Positions 1 to 15,649 are shown, numbered from the stretch's first letter. The stretch is 64,000 nt of DNA from Felis catus (GCF_018350175.1 NC_058368.1:115198001-115262000); one strand, 5' to 3'. The notes: generated by a model not told the origin, from the letters alone. Translations and numbers: made by a program.

Positions 1-594
1 GAGGTTTTCTTCAGTCTGTCCTAGATTTAGTTCCCTTGAAGCCAAGCATCGTTGTCAGGTTGTAGTGACCAGGATTTGTTGAAGCAGTCCACATTCCAAC
101 TATCTTCACCCTTCAAGCTCCAGTGCTTGGCAAAGAGCAGCTCACTACAAATGCAGGATTAAATTAACTTTTCTTGACTAACTTTACTTTTCTAGATCAA
201 AGAGTCCCATGTTCACGGTCCTCACATCCAGACATACATCTTATTTGTCATGCTAAACCAGCCAGTCCTGGATCACAAGTTTAAACATGAGAGGAAGGGG
301 TGAATGGAAAGGGTGTCTCTCATAAACTGGCCCTCACCTTCAGGAGGAACAATTTCTGCAGAAAAGTAGTTACTGATGACATTTACTTGTCCTTCCTGCT
401 GGTGGGTAAACACAATGGAAACACACAATCCACTTCTGACATGACTCTCATTTCTATGTGAGCTAAAGTAAAAAAACAAGCAAACAATAAGGGGTCATTT
501 CCCCCACTGGAATAGCAAACCACTATATTTCTCAAAAGAGAAAGGAAGGCCCAAAGACAAAATCTTCATGCTGCTTAAGGACAACAGGGTGATA

Positions 595-804
595 GGGCTG
601 CCTGGGTGGCTCAATCAGTTAAGCATACAACTCTTGATATGGGCTCAGACTGTTGTTGTCTCACAGTCATGAGATCGAGCCCCACGCTGAGATCTGCACT
701 GAGCATGGAGCCTGCTTGGGATTCTCTTTCTTCCTCTCTTTCTCTCTCTCTCTCTGGCCCTTACCCACCCCACTCCCCATCTCAAAATAAACTTCTTTTA
801 AAAA
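595..804 (+). mobile_element. CAN-SINE (SINEC), older subfamily
   Basis: tRNA-like head, (CT)n, A-rich tail. Degenerate TSD aaggacaacagggtgat / aaggacacaagggtgat. Confidence 0.9.
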
Positions 805-1130
805 AGGACACAAGGGTGATGTAGAAGAATTCATTCTTTCAGTCATTACCAAATATTTATTGAACACCTGCTATGAGCTAAGTACAGTGCCGACCCTTGA
901 AGATCCAGATGTGAGCAAGACTGAGATCAAAATCCCTATTCTTTCAGAGTAGACATGGTAGCATGGAAAAAAATAACATGAGTAAAACATATGCTATGAG
1001 ACAGTAAGTACTAAGGAGCAAAATAATGCAGGGAAAAGGATTTGACAGATCTAGGAGGGAAAAAAACTTTTTTCAGATGGTGGCCAGGGAAGGGCTTTTT
1101 GAGAAGGTCCCATCCTTCTTTTTTGGAGTA

Positions 1131-1355
1131 ATTTTTTTAAAAAAAAAATTTTTTTAAGTTTATTTGAGAGACAGCGAGCGAGCGCATGAGCTGGGTAGTG
1201 GCAGAGAGAGAGGGAGACACAGAATCTAAAACAGTCTCTAGGGTTCCGAGCTGTCAGCACAGAGCCTGACGCGGGGCTCAAACTCACGGACCGCAAGATC
1301 ATGACCTGAGCTGAAGTTGGATGATGCTTAACTGACTTAGCCACCAACGTACCCC
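1131..1355 (-). mobile_element. CAN-SINE (SINEC_Fc-like)
   Basis: Reverse-complement SINEC consensus with poly-T end. Confidence 0.92.
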
Positions 1356-1359
1356 TTGA

Positions 1360-2335
<976 letters not shown>

Positions 2336-2835
2336 TTGAAAGGGAAGTTTACATCTGAATAAAGACCTAAGAAGAGTAAGCAAGCTAGTCACAAACCTGT
2401 CAAGGAGAAGAGTATTCTATGTCCCAAGGTGCAATGGGCCTGATGCATTCAGGGAACATGAGGAAGCCAAGGTGGCTAGAGGAGAGGAAACACAAGGGAG
2501 AGTAGCAGGAGATAAAACAACAGAGGTAATGGTGAGCCACATCACAGGGATATGCAGGCCACGGGAAGGAATTTGACTCTTACTTTATGCGAGAAGGAAG
2601 GCCAACAGGTATTTTTGGGCACAGAAAGACATGACAAAAGAATCACTCTAGCTGCTGTGTGAGAACTGACTGTAGGAAGTAAGGGCAGAAGGAAGAAGTC
2701 CAGTTCAGAGCCTACTACAATAATCCGGGAGAGAGATAATGGTGGTAGGAGGAGTAATGAGACATGGTCAGATTTTGCATATATTTTGCGGACAGAGCTG
2801 TAGGATGTGCTGTCAGACAGAATGTGGGTATGAGT

Positions 2836-2952
2836 GGGTGCCTGGCTGGCTCAGTTGGTGGAGCCTGTGACTCTTGAACTTGGGGTTGTGATTTGGATCC
2901 CCAAGTTGGGTGTAGAGATTACTTAAAAGTAAAATTAAAAAAAAAAAAAAAA
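2836..2952 (+). mobile_element. Short tRNA-Lys-derived carnivore SINE (SINEC_old-like)
   Basis: gggtgcctggctggctcagttggtggagc...gggtgtagagattact followed by poly-A. Confidence 0.8.
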
Positions 2953-4339
2953 GAATGTACATGTGAGAGAAAGGAGTCATGAATGGCTAAGAGATTTTGG
3001 CCTGAATAAATGAAAGGACAGAACTGTCATTAACTGAAGTAGAGAAGGTTATATGAGCTCAGTTTTAAACTTGTTCAGGTTGAGCCTATTAAACATCCAT
3101 GTACAGATGTCTAGCAAGCAGATGGATAAAGGAGTCTGGACTTCAGAGAAGTATGGGCTGGAGATTTTTAAAAATCTGGCATATTTAAAAAATCAGCCCA
3201 CACATGAAATTTAAAGGCACTAGGCTAGATGCAATCACCCAAGGCATTAGTGTAGATAAAGAAGAGTGGAGGTCCAAGGTCTGAGCCTGGGGGCCCTCTG
3301 GCACTGAGAGCCATCAAGACCTTCTTACCTGTCCTTTAATCAGAGACAATTTTACCAAATTGTTTCCATCCACTGTGTACCAAATACTGATTTGGAGCCC
3401 AACATGCTCAAGGTCTCTCAATATGCTGCCTTAATCCCCACTTGCCTCTCTGCAATTCCCCACCCCTAGTCTGCTCTGTACTGCTGTGCAACTTGTATCC
3501 TATTGCCACCATCTCTTTGCAAGCTGTTCTTCTCATGTGGAAAATCCTTTCCACTCTACCTCATCAAACGCCAGCTCTTTTTCAAGCCCCAACTAGTGCC
3601 CTATCTTCTCTCTGAACTTTATCTAACTACTGTGACTCATAATGAATTACCTTCTTCTCCAAAGCAGCCAATCTTATAATACTTGCTGTCTGCATGACTA
3701 GATATTTATCCCTTATTGACCTGTGTGGCTAGTTAACTTTACCTATAAAAAGCTCTTATTTATATGTACCGTAGCTTCCTTTAAGGAGAACAGCACCTCA
3801 GCCTTTTCTGTTCCCCAGCAGTTGCCTGGGACAAGTACGTACCATTCAGCAAATGCTCAGTAAGTATGTATGAGATGTTTCATGTCAATTCCATTATCCA
3901 ATCATTCAGTAAGCTCCTTGAAGCAGAGGCCTGTTTTTTATCTCTGCCTCATCTGGCACTGGGCGGGACACAGGTGGACAGGCATTCAGTATCTGCTTAC
4001 CATCAAAGAGGTTGATGACAATGTCCCCATCCCCTGGGATTCTACAGTCCTGGCACAAAACAGTAAGAACATGTGTTCTGTACTTGCTGCCCTGTCTTCC
4101 CTGAAGCCAGTGATTTCCTGGTCAAGAGAGAAGTACCCAGGGACCACAGGGAGAGGAAATCCCATGGAATCTGATATGTGATACCTAATAGGGATGAAAG
4201 ATACTCAAAAGCCTGGTACAATCTTAACAGCCCAGACAAGAGGCTATCTCAGCTGAGATGCTGGGCAAAAGAATCAGAAAAGATGAGCACTTTGACTTTG
4301 GTGAATCTCTTCTAAGAACACAGTCAGAGGACACATAAA

Positions 4340-4990
4340 AATATACACAAGGTGTTCATTGTAGAATTACTTGTAGCAACGAAAAACTGTAAACCACCTA
4401 AATGTACAACAATAAGAATCAATTAAGCATAATCTGGTATATTCACACGACTGATAAAGATCAGCACCTGGATAATGTTTACTGTGTACCTGATTATGTG
4501 CTAGAGGTTCTCCATTTCAAAACTCCATAAAATCTATCTCCCAATTTCTTTTTTTTTTTTTTTAATTTTTTTTTCCCCAACGTTTATTTATTTTTGGGAC
4601 AGAGAGAGAGCATGAACGGGGGAGGGGCAGAGAGAGAGGGAGACACAGAATCGGAAACAGGCTCCAGGCTCCGAGCCATCAGCCCAGAGCCCGATGCAGG
4701 GCTCAAACTCACGGACCGCGAGATCGTGACCTGGCTGAAGTCGGACGCTTAACCGACTGCGCCACCCAGGCGCCCCATATCTCCCAATTTCTAAATGGAA
4801 AGTATCAGCCTCAAAAACTAGGTATAGGACAACACTTTTGTAAAAACAACTGGAAGAACACAAGCCATACTGTTACCTTTTCATCTGGATAGTGGAATAT
4901 GGGTGGTATTGTTGTTGTTTCCCTTTGTGCTTTTCTGTGTTTTCCAAGTTTTCTGCTTTGAAAACATATTACTTTGTCAGCAGGCAAAAA
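4340..4990 (+). mobile_element. Old L1ME-like 3' fragments (interrupted)
   Basis: caaggtgttcattgtagaattacttgtagcaacgaaaaactgtaaaccacctaaatgt resembles the L1 ORF2 3' end. Confidence 0.5.
4550..4776 (-). mobile_element. Young Felis-type CAN-SINE (SINEC_Fc)
   Basis: CpG-rich and close to consensus. Perfect 15-bp TSD tatctcccaatttct (4535-4549 / 4778-4792). Confidence 0.96.
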
Positions 4991-6248
4991 GAAAAAAAAA
5001 TCTATTTTAAAAACAAACATGTAAGAGCCAAATTCTCAACTCTCTAAACATATGACTGCTGGAAGGCTCCTACTTCTGATCTAAAATGTAAGAATCAGAG
5101 CTCAAATCCTCCCCACATCCCCCTCACCCCCCACCCACATACCCAAAGACAGATAAAACCCAGTGAAACTGTAAGACTAACAGCTTCTTGAAGAAAAGAT
5201 CCTGTTTGGTTAATCTTTGGTTTCCTACCCTGGAGTTCTCAGCACCCTGTAAGGCATATATTTGGGTGCTCTGTAAACATGAAAGGGAAGGAGGAAGTGT
5301 GGTAAACTTACAAGGCACAAATGTCACTAATGCAGTGACATCACTCTTACCCCCATGCTACCTCCTCCACTCCATCCATCCCAGGTCTGGTCCCTTACTC
5401 TGCTATCTCTAGACATTGCTCAGGCTGCCCAAGGAGCTCCTGAACAGACAAACTACTGACTCTTTGCACCACAGTATTCATCTTTTGTGGGATTTTTTTT
5501 TCCCTTTCCTTTCTTAAAAGGTGATCTTGCCTTTCAGCTAGTACAATGCTCCACACTGAACCAGCATGCCAGTCAGTCTGCAGAGAATCATTGAGAGAAT
5601 GAATTTGAATAATAAAAGGCAGAACAAGGCAATACCTTGGAGACACATTTGGTGTAGTACCTTCAATTTAGAACCTCATTTCAGTGGCTAATGCAGTAGT
5701 TGGAGACATTAGCCTAATTTTTGCCAGGAGAGTCCAGCAACACAGCAGTACTAAACATGGGCACAGAGGACCCTGCTCATTTCAAAGACAGAGTACGGAG
5801 AATGAAATTAGCAGCTCTGCACTTCTGGTGCAGAGGAAAGCAAATCCTTGCTCCCTTCCCCCAATTCATTACCAATCATGTTTAAGATGAAAAAACACAG
5901 GAATATGGGGGACGGGGGTCAGCACTAGCACTAAGTTCAAGGGAAATCAAGACCCCTGAAGAGGGCTCCATGGGGTACTTAAGGACTATGGGAAAGTTAA
6001 TTTCAAAGGACATCCACTAAGCACAGCCCTACAACACATCTTGTCATTGCTAAGCCCTATCCCAGGCTGTAAGCCTGGAAAGACTCCAGAACTTGCCATC
6101 AGGTCAGTTCTGAGGCCAGAAATGGAAAGCCCACAAAAATCAGACTGGAAGGAAGCAGTTCAGCTCATCTACCAAGAATCAGGGGATGAGGAAGTTGTTC
6201 CTTCAACAAAAGCTTCATACTGGCTCAACTAAAAAAGAAACCACATCT

Positions 6249-6463
6249 GGAGAACCTGGGTGGCTCAGTAAGTTAAGTGGCCGACTTTGGCTCAGGTCAT
6301 GATCTCACAGCTCGTGAGTTCAAGCCCCACATGGGGCTATCAGCTCAGAGCCTGCTTCGGATCCTCTGTCTCCCTCTCTCTCTGCCCCTCCCCCCCTTGT
6401 ACTCACTCAGGCGCACTCTCTCTCTCTCTCTCAGAGAGAAATAAACGTTTAAAAAAAGAAGAA
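6249..6463 (+). mobile_element. CAN-SINE
   Basis: Consensus head, (CT)n, aataaa tail. TSD aagaaaccacatct / aagaaaccgcatct. Confidence 0.92.
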
Positions 6464-9400
6464 GAAGAAACCGCATCTGATGTGGTCCAGACTTCTCTCC
6501 CCATGTGGCCAGTCTCCTTGCTGCAGGGGCCAAGCCACCAAAGACCCTTTGCTTTCCAGTAAAGAGGGGAACAGGAGCCTCAGAGGTAGCCACGCTATCC
6601 TATCCCCAGGGAGCAGTCTCTGAGGCGCTCACCCCTCCCTCCTAGATGTGCGAACAGTGGGCCAGGCATGGGTCATCGGGCTGCTGGGCCAAGTAAGTCC
6701 TGTTCTAACAGGTAGGTAAGCCAGCAGCAATCTCTCTCTCTCTCTCTAGCTTCCCTACACATTTCTCATTGTCTCTGGTCCCCCAAAGTTTATTTTGCCC
6801 TCTACTCTGTTATCTTAGACTCTTCTGACTTACCTAGGGATGGGTAAGAAGACAATATTTTACCAAGTCTTCATAGCCAAGCATTTTCTAAAACCAAATA
6901 CTTTTCCCCCCCACTCCTCTCCCCCACCAGAGGGCAAAGGAGGGCCCAATGTCACCAGTAACTCACTCTCAACAGCATCATGGCCTCACCAGCACTAACC
7001 TGGAGGCCTCAATAACGTTAAGAGGCCAACACTGTAATCACAGGCACATAGACACCTGTATATCCAGTCAGGTGACTAGAGGAATGGGACTGCCAATCTT
7101 TTTATTCGAATAAATTCCCAGGTGGGCTCTGGTCCTGAAGGCCAGGGCACATTGCTATGCTCTTACCATACTTAACACAGTGGTAGATAAATAAGCACTA
7201 CAACACCTCAGGGCTTGAACTTTATAGGTCTCTCTAGGTGAAAGACTGTCTCCTGTACCTCACAGATACTGCCATATAGGAAAAGCAGGGGTTGCTTGGG
7301 AGGAAAAGTGGAAGACATGAAAAACTAGACACCCCAGACTCCACCCAAGATGCATACGCAGTAAGGGGAGCAGTGCAAGGATAGGAAGGCAGGACATGTT
7401 CTCCATACACAGGACCTGCCTGCCAAAACTTAGTGGATGGCAAGAATCCTAGATCTGTGGGCGAGGATTGAGTCATGTTATAAATCTCCTTTCTCTAAGC
7501 AGCATGTGCAAAAACTCCTCCATCTCAGGAAGGGAAGGTGGGGGGGGGGCAATATGTGGGGAAGGTGGTGGTCTGCAATTAGCAGCACAGATTTCATTCT
7601 AATACTAGAGCAGCCTTCTCAAATTATAACAGGTCTGTTCTGGAAAAGACGAGGAAAGAGAGCCTGGCTTCGGATAGAGTCAAAATACCATTTCGATGAA
7701 ACTGTATCACTGCAGTGTTGACAATTTCCTTGTAAAAAGCAAATCTCCCTATAAATGTAAATCAATCCCTTATTGCATTTTTAGAAATCTATTCCCTCTC
7801 CCCCCCCGCCCCAAAAATCAGCTATTACCAGAAACTCTAAATGAGATATACTAGAAGCTGAGCTCCAGAATAATTAGGGGACATTCTGAATGGTGCCCCG
7901 AGGCAGACCATACAAGAAAAGGGTAGACAGGAATAATACACACTTAGAAAGCTCAGTTAGGGAAAAGGCTGTGCATAATGCATGCAGGTCCCGGAGCGCA
8001 GACACTCCCTCCCAGCGGCCTGCTCAGAAGCAGGCTGTGAGCCACGACACTGGCAGATGGCTGCCCCAGTGGCAATTGTGCATGCTCCAGTGGCCACCTC
8101 CTCCCGTCCACCCTTGAGCACAGGCTTATGATCCCATGAGGGGTGGGGAGTACCGGCAAACATTACCCCCAAAGAATAGTGCCTTTCCCTAGGGAAGGTA
8201 AACATTTCCATCAGAAGGCAGAAGCAATTTCTCTCTGCAGGAAAAAGGAGCCACAAACATAAAGTTGCTCATTCAAAAGAGACAGATGATCTCTGCAAGC
8301 CGAGCAGTGCCAAACCTTCTATAAAGGGTTTGCACATCCATCAGCACAAGTGGTTGTGTGGGGGAAGGGGAACAGGAGTGTGGTAGGCCCACTCAGGGTG
8401 CAGGACTCTCTGGCCTCAGGTCACTTGTTATTTGACTTGAACAGAGACCCCGGGGGAGCAGATGCCAGTAATCTTTCCACAGGGGCTCTAGCCTGAGCAA
8501 AGGTTCAACATAGGTTTGATTTGGAACACAGATGCTGTCTTCTCTTCCAACTGCTTCCCAATGCTCCCAATCCATCTCCATAGTCTGTCCACTTCGAGCC
8601 TCTATACTTCAAGCCTTCAGGGGTGGCTTACTGTTGAATTTTGAGCCAGACATGTCTCCCTCCCACCACCAACCCCCACCTTTTTTTTAGTCACGTGTGA
8701 CTAAAACAGAAATGACAGTTCACTAGTCTTATGCCTAAAATAACCTATAGAGAAATATGGTTTATGAACTCCCCCGTAATACAATACATAATTCAAAGCC
8801 CAGCCATTTGTCACACTATTGAGTAATCCACACATATCCCAAGGGTCTGACAATATAATTTGTAAATCAATAGCAAAAAGCAGTACACCTTAGCCACTGA
8901 GTTAAAATATAAAGAACATTTTTTAGCACTGACTTTAACTTAGAAAATGCGAACTTCCAAGGGTAAATATTTGTCAGTGAGTTGTCGCCAGAATGTAAGA
9001 CTTTATACTTTCTAGACCACCCCCCCCCCGCCACAACAGCTGACTTCAATGCACAAATAAAAAACCCCAACACTCGCATTTTCCCAATTATAATAATGGC
9101 TTTCTTCTACAACCCCTGCTATTAGCATGACAGAGATGACCATATCAGTCATAAGAAAAGCACATGTACCTTCTGTGCCCAGGAGGAGCAAGTAAAACAA
9201 CTGCTTTGTGCAAGAGCAAGGCACTTATAACAGGAAACAAAATAAAAAATTATTGCGGAGCTGGTCTGAACTTATTTTTCTTTCTTCTGGATGATCAAAC
9301 AGTGAGTGTGAGCGTAGGGGTAGGCATTGCGATCTGCAAACATATTGCCATAGTGATTGGTGCTTAGATAGAGAGATAAAACAGGCAGAACTTCATTTAT

Positions 9401-9744
9401 ATTCCAAGGAACAGAGACAAGTGCCCTGATCATTCAGCTCTGCAGAGACTCCTAATGACAAATGACTGGACCCCCCCCCCCCCCCGTCCCTCTGTAACAC
9501 CATGCAGGATCAGATGTGGGGGGTGTGTCTGCATTGCTGACAAATTATCAGCCTACAGCAGACCTCCCCTCAGGATGCAGCAGGTACACAGGGGCTAAAG
9601 AGGCAGGTGTTGGGGCCCCTCAGTAAGAGCTCTCCTTCTGACATGGGACAGGAGACAGAGTCACGAGTGATCTGCTATTCATGGCTCTACCCTGGTCAGC
9701 TTCTCTTTGACCTAACAGGTCACTTGGACATTAACTTACTTGGT

Positions 9745-10135
9745 TTTATTTTATTTTGAAATAATTTTAATCTTAGAGAAAAGTTGCAAAAAAAATTACA
9801 GTTCCCATACACCCTTCACCCAGCTTCCCCTGATATTACCATCTTCCATAACCATAAAACAATGATCAGAACTAAGAAATTAACAGGAGTGCAATGGTAC
9901 TAACTAGAGACTTTATTCAGGCTATACCAATTTTCCCCCTAATGTCCTTTTTTCTGTTCCAGAAGCTAATCCAGAATATTACATTGCACCTACCTGTCAT
10001 GTGTCCTACAATCTGTGACAGCTCCTCAGTTCTTTCTTGGTCTTTCTTCACCTGGACATACTTGAAGAGTCGGCCATTTTTTAGATCAGACCTCAATTTG
10101 GGTTTGTCTGATGTCCACTCATGTTTAAACAAGAG
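9745..10135 (-). mobile_element. L1MC4/5-like 3' end fragment
   Basis: ttttgaaataattttaatcttagagaaaagttgcaaaa...cccttcacccagcttcccctgatatt matches the recalled consensus. Confidence 0.8.
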
Positions 10136-10149
10136 AAACTAATGAACAC

Positions 10150-10335
10150 TTCATATGCTCACTTTATGTACTATTTAAGACAACCTTCTGAAGCAGGTAT
10201 TATTACTATCCCTATTTTACAGATGATATTTCATTAAACCTTAGTAAATTTAAGTAGCTTGCCCAAGATTACCGAGCTATAAAAGGCAGAGCTGAGATGT
10301 GAGCCCAGGGAGATGGACTCTGCAACACTCTACTG
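10150..10335 (-). mobile_element. MIR
   Basis: Core ctattttacagatg...taagtagcttgcccaagatt. Confidence 0.75.
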
Positions 10336-13300
10336 CCTGCTATACTCAAGGCACTACAACAACAACTAGATGCCCAGATACACCATGGACACTGTCCGCT
10401 GGCCATTCCCTCTCTGAAGGAAATTACTCTGAAGAAAAGGCACTCTAGCTTTTGTCTTTTTTCCAAAGGAGACAAACAACTCCACTTTAATTTCTAAGTT
10501 CTGCCCAAACAACCAGAAATGTCTTTCTCTTGACAAGAAGCACCTCCCTGCCTAGGGAAAAGAAGAGGCCACTGTTCTCCTGAAACTTCTCTGTGGAATA
10601 GCACCAGGCAGAGAGGAAATATATGCGCATGAAGGTGTACTCAATTCCCCTTTCCAAGGGCCTCTCCAAGCATATGGAGACACTGCAGTCACAGAATTAA
10701 AAACAAAACAAAACCCGACTATTGAGATTGCTTTTCCATGTCACACCCAGAAATGTCCAATACAACCTGGCACTTCCTCTTTCAAATGAAGCTCTTCCGG
10801 AAAGTTGAGGCACAACCCATTCATGTAGCACAGCAGGTTGGGGGAGTTGTCAAGGGACAGGGCTATGATGGGAGACAGGATGGGAAGAATTCCAGCTGCA
10901 CTCCAGGATTTGTTTTTAATGCCTATAACTTTAGATCCCTCAGTTTCACAGACTTGATTTTTCCCAAATAGCCTTTCTGGCAATGCTAATATGTTTTTCC
11001 TCTCATTCTGACTGATCAGCGAAATACATGGCTGGAAGGATTGCCTTGGAAGTAATTTCTTTGATGCTGGCAAAACTCAGAAAATATTCCCCCAGCTACA
11101 CACCCTCACATCTATCCATCCCTGCCACCTGCCACTCAGCTGCAGGTAGAGGCCATTACAGTAAAGAAGGAAAGGAGGCAGAGAGAGCAGGCATCAAGGG
11201 AAGGTGGAAGGGAGAAGGACTCAGAGTCTGAAAATGAGAGAGGGAGAGAAAAAGAGAGACCATTTTGTTCAAAGCGAGTCACTACAGAGCCAAGACTTTC
11301 ACTTACATGCATAAGCAGGGTTAGATGATGCCAGCAAATAGGTGCAAAGAGCCTTCCTTTGATCTACCTGTCTCTTACTTCTCCCACTGCCCTTCAACTC
11401 CCAAAGTGCTCCTGCCAACATCATCACTAAGATGGACTTGTGTGAGTCAGATATTTCATCTGGCTGCCCCTATTACTGCCAGCTTTATGCAAGAGACCCT
11501 CCCTTTTGAGTTCTATACGTAACTCCAAACTATCTTCAGCTAGGTATTTTGATCAAATACTGGAAGTTGAAATGTTAATGGCCTTCAGGGAACAATTCCT
11601 CCAGCATCTCCATCTGCAATCTAACCCAGAGAGAATCTAAAATCAGACTGCATACAGGGCTATTTAATCCACCATGTTTAGGGACATCTGGATCTACCCC
11701 TAAAATCCATAAGATTTAATCTAAGAAACAAAGCTTGAATAAATCTTTATTCTCTTGAATAATTTCCCCCTCTCAATGTCAACAGCCTCTAAAATTCACA
11801 TTACTTTGTTCCCACATAGACCTCAAATACCATTGCTTTCAAACAATGATCCTACAGACTGAAATCCTGGGAAAAGCAATGGAATTTGGAACCCTTCACT
11901 AATGGAGCATGGGCCACCAAACAAGATCAAGAGAAGAGGTAACCACTCTGTTATGCATCGCCTTGAGATCTCCCTTAAATAATGTATACAAAGCACCGGG
12001 CACAATGGAGTTTCTCCAAAAAAATGTTAGTTTTCTTCCCCTTTCCAAAAGCTACACTAGAGTTCTCAGGTCCGATTCTGCCTCAGTCATTCTTGGCCAT
12101 GATAGACTAGACAACCTCCTCACCCTCTGTCCAAAAGCCTGACTTGGCAAAACTGGGATGACAGAATGGAGATTAACAAGATGCATGTAGAGAGCTGCTG
12201 GGATAAGGGGCGGTGGGGGGATAGAGGTAGTTCCCTTCCCCAGGCAAAAAGAAAAAAAAATTTTTTTTTTAACAAATATACCCTATTACTATTCCATAAA
12301 AACTCATCTCTGCCCAGATAAGCTAATTATGTCTATAGGTAATCAAACCTGAAAACTTTTAATCCAAAGAAATGGTTCTTTGCTTTCAAATAACTGCTTA
12401 TACAACCCAAAAGCAGACTATTCTGTAATTCAATTACAGAATTAAAATACAACTCAATCTTTGCCCAAATCAAAATCCCATAATAAAATATTATGGGAAA
12501 TAAGGCAAGACCAACAACCTATTAATTGATTAACAGTAACAAAACAAAACCCCCAAAGGAAAAGAAATACAATCAGCCTGATTAGAGCACAGGACCAAAA
12601 GGCTCACAGAGCCCCCTGCACACTAGCTTTGCTTCATTCAGGTTCTTTTCAGGCCTACCTAAGACAATCAGTGGCTAGTACGGTACCACTCCAACTGACT
12701 CTGGACATTGTCAGAGACCTGTAAAAGTCTTGATATTATCTGTCTCAGAGAATGTTGGAGCAAGTTCATAGGAGCTTCTGACAAAGCTCTCTAGTTGGCC
12801 CCAAAGGCCAGAACAAGGTCGCCTTACTAACCCCCAAAACAATACAATAGTCCCCTTAATGATGTACCCATCAGGTCTCACAGTCCAGCTAACCACTGTT
12901 TAGGGCTCAGACTGCTCTAGAAAGTCACCAAATCCACTGATCCTGGGCCCCTACAAATGCAGGCTAGGCTGTCAAATGCTAACTGGGCCCTTGCCCTTCT
13001 TGACACTGAACATTGCTTGGTTCTGACTCCTTGCCTAAGCACCATCCTCACGGAGGTTCTTCCTCATCGCTCCATTCTCTCAAGCAGCCAAATGAGTCTT
13101 TCTCTTGCATCATCCAAGGTAGAAGCCCCACTCTCAGCCTGGCTCAGAAAACTTGAAGACATAGAAGAAATGTTACCTCAGTTTCTCTCTACACCTTTCC
13201 CATTTACCCTTGTTTTTTCCTAACTTCTGCTTCTAATTTCCAAGGCTCATCATATTCACCAGGTCAAGACTTTCCATCTGCCACCTAAACAATTTTGATC

Positions 13301-15417
13301 TGCTCTCTGGGATTTCAAATCTCTATCAACATTGATTCCTTTTTCTTCTGCCTTCCAACATACACAAAAGCTCTCTCTACTCAGCTTTAATGACCATGCC
13401 TCTGGGAAAGAAGTCTTTCCTTCAGGTCCCTTCCTCTATGATCTTATCTACCTCTATTCCTGTCTGGGAGCCCTCCTACACCATAAGCCCTGGCAGGCAT
13501 TCAGTGCCCACCATGTTATCTCCACTATCAAGCACTCTATCTTGAACATCACTGGAACATACAACAAGTATTACATGAAATAGACAAGCTTTTTGATGTC
13601 ACGGTCTCTGAAATTACTGTTTTAGTTCTCTTCGTTCACTTATTCTCTAACACCTCAAACCTAGGAATTTCTATCATCTTTCTTCATTTCCTCATCTTCC
13701 ATTCATAGCACAGCCCCTGACTGGACCCAACTATACACTTATAGTTTACACTTAATTACATCTTTAGTTCTACTGCTTTGCTAGCTCTCCTCCTCATCTC
13801 TTCTCCCACCCTCCCTCCCACCGCCCCCTATCTCTAACAGAGGGGACACTGCCCACCACAACCATCCCTTTATTCCCTATACATCCTTCCTCTCCAGCCA
13901 GGGAGATGTACTCCCACTCTGAGGTCTCTGTTCCTGTCATCCCCTCCCCCTCCACTAATGCTTCCTACCTGTCCCCTTCTCTACCTCATTTCTACCTCCT
14001 CTGAAGTTACCAATCAATCCCTACCTCCAGTGCTATGCCAAAAACAGGAAGGGAATAGGTTCCTGAAAAGGGCCTCTCATTCCAGCTCCAGGCAACGCAT
14101 GAGAGCTAATTCCAGCCTTGGTTAGTCCCAACTTTGGAGACAGCCTAGATAGTCTTAGCCAGCAAGGTGAGGCCAATATGAGAGAAATAAGGGAAGTCAG
14201 AGGTACACAGACTGTCTGAACTAAAGCCAAGCCCTGGGCATGAGGGCTGGGACTGGCTTTGGCAGCTGGTTTTCCATTATCCTTACTCCCATCTAAGTTT
14301 TTCATTTCAGCCAGTTTGGGTATCCCGATCTGAGTGCTGAGGCTGTGCTATTATGGTAAGTAGACTTTATTAAACCTCAGAGAGAACAGGTAGATGGAGG
14401 AAGCAGAGAAAGGGGAGGATAAGGACCTAGGTTGAGCATTAAGCACACAAATGCTCATTAGAAAGCGAATGGCCAACAGCTGCTCTCTATCACAACTCAA
14501 GTACAGAGATTGCAAACTGGACCCTGGCCTACCCCATCCTGGTAATGGAAGGCCAAAGCCTGGGCAGAGAAGCTCTGGTGTCCCTGCAGAGCTCAGCCAG
14601 CTAGCCTCAAAGTGGCCTCAGCCTTGGGAGTGACTGCCATGAAGGTCACAGGCTTTTCTGTGCTGCCTTCCACCTGTTCCCTCAGGTGTGAGATTTGGCG
14701 GCTGAGGGGCAGTGACTAGGCATCCTAAAACTGCCCAAATGGGAAATGAGGGTTCTCTGAAATGAAGAGATCTAAACTGTATTCATGCAACCTTCTGGTG
14801 CCTTCATGTATTCCGGCCCACCATCCACCATCCTTTTCTCTCCTACTACAAGGTAATTTGGAGACTCAGAAATTGTTCCTACAGGCCTCAAGAGGTCTGG
14901 CATCCTGTTATGCCCCAAGCAATTCCCCTGACAAATTCTTATTACCAAGGTGCAAAAGAGATACTCAGAGCAGAGAATGCCTAACAAGGGCTCAGGAGGT
15001 GGCTGTAGTGAGGGAGATGGGCCAGAAGTACAGGTAGAAGAACAAATAAACTTCTCAAGGAATCCCCAGAAGCCTTGAAAAGTTTCAACATGGGGAGGTG
15101 GGGGGGGAACGGCACTGTGCGGAATGAAGTAGCACCAAAAAGAAGCTCTGTTGAACATCTCAACCTGAAAAGTTGCTAGAGATAACAACTTGTGTTCAAG
15201 AAAGCATAAAGACTACCCCACTACCCTGTTTCCTCTATCCAGCCCCTGTTCCACCTTTCCAGCACTGCACTTGAACCAGGGAAAGACCAACAGAGGCCCA
15301 TTGCTATATACTTCCCTTCTCAAGAAGTCCTACTGCACCACTCTGATGCGACACAGGAGTTTAGGTATAAAGTGCCCTTAACTAATACTACCAGTCACGC
15401 AGTGCTCGTGGGCCTAG

Positions 15418-15419
<2 letters not shown>

Positions 15420-15457
<38 letters not shown>
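15420..15457 (+). repeat. (GT)19 microsatellite
   Basis: Directly visible. Confidence 0.97.
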
Positions 15458-15459
<2 letters not shown>

Positions 15460-15649
15460 CCCCTGTATGTGAAGGATAGGACACAAGCCAAGTCATATGC
15501 TTGTGGACCACCCTAGTGAATGAAATGACCCATAAGGAAGATCTCTCCACACTAGGGGAGGAAGAGAGGGTCACGTGCCTCCCAGCCAGAGCTGGTGAGA
15601 GGGGTGGCAGAAGGCACTGGCAGCTTTGCCCTTGAGTCTCACCTCAAGT

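Noticed and set aside
2836..2910. tRNA gene
   Set aside because: tRNA-Lys-derived SINE head with poly-A tail and flanking duplication. No intact cloverleaf evident. The same applies to 56939-57043.
9471..9485. C15 homopolymer (also G13 at 58021-58033)
   Set aside because: Simple homopolymers with no supporting context. Their length is also prone to sequencing error.
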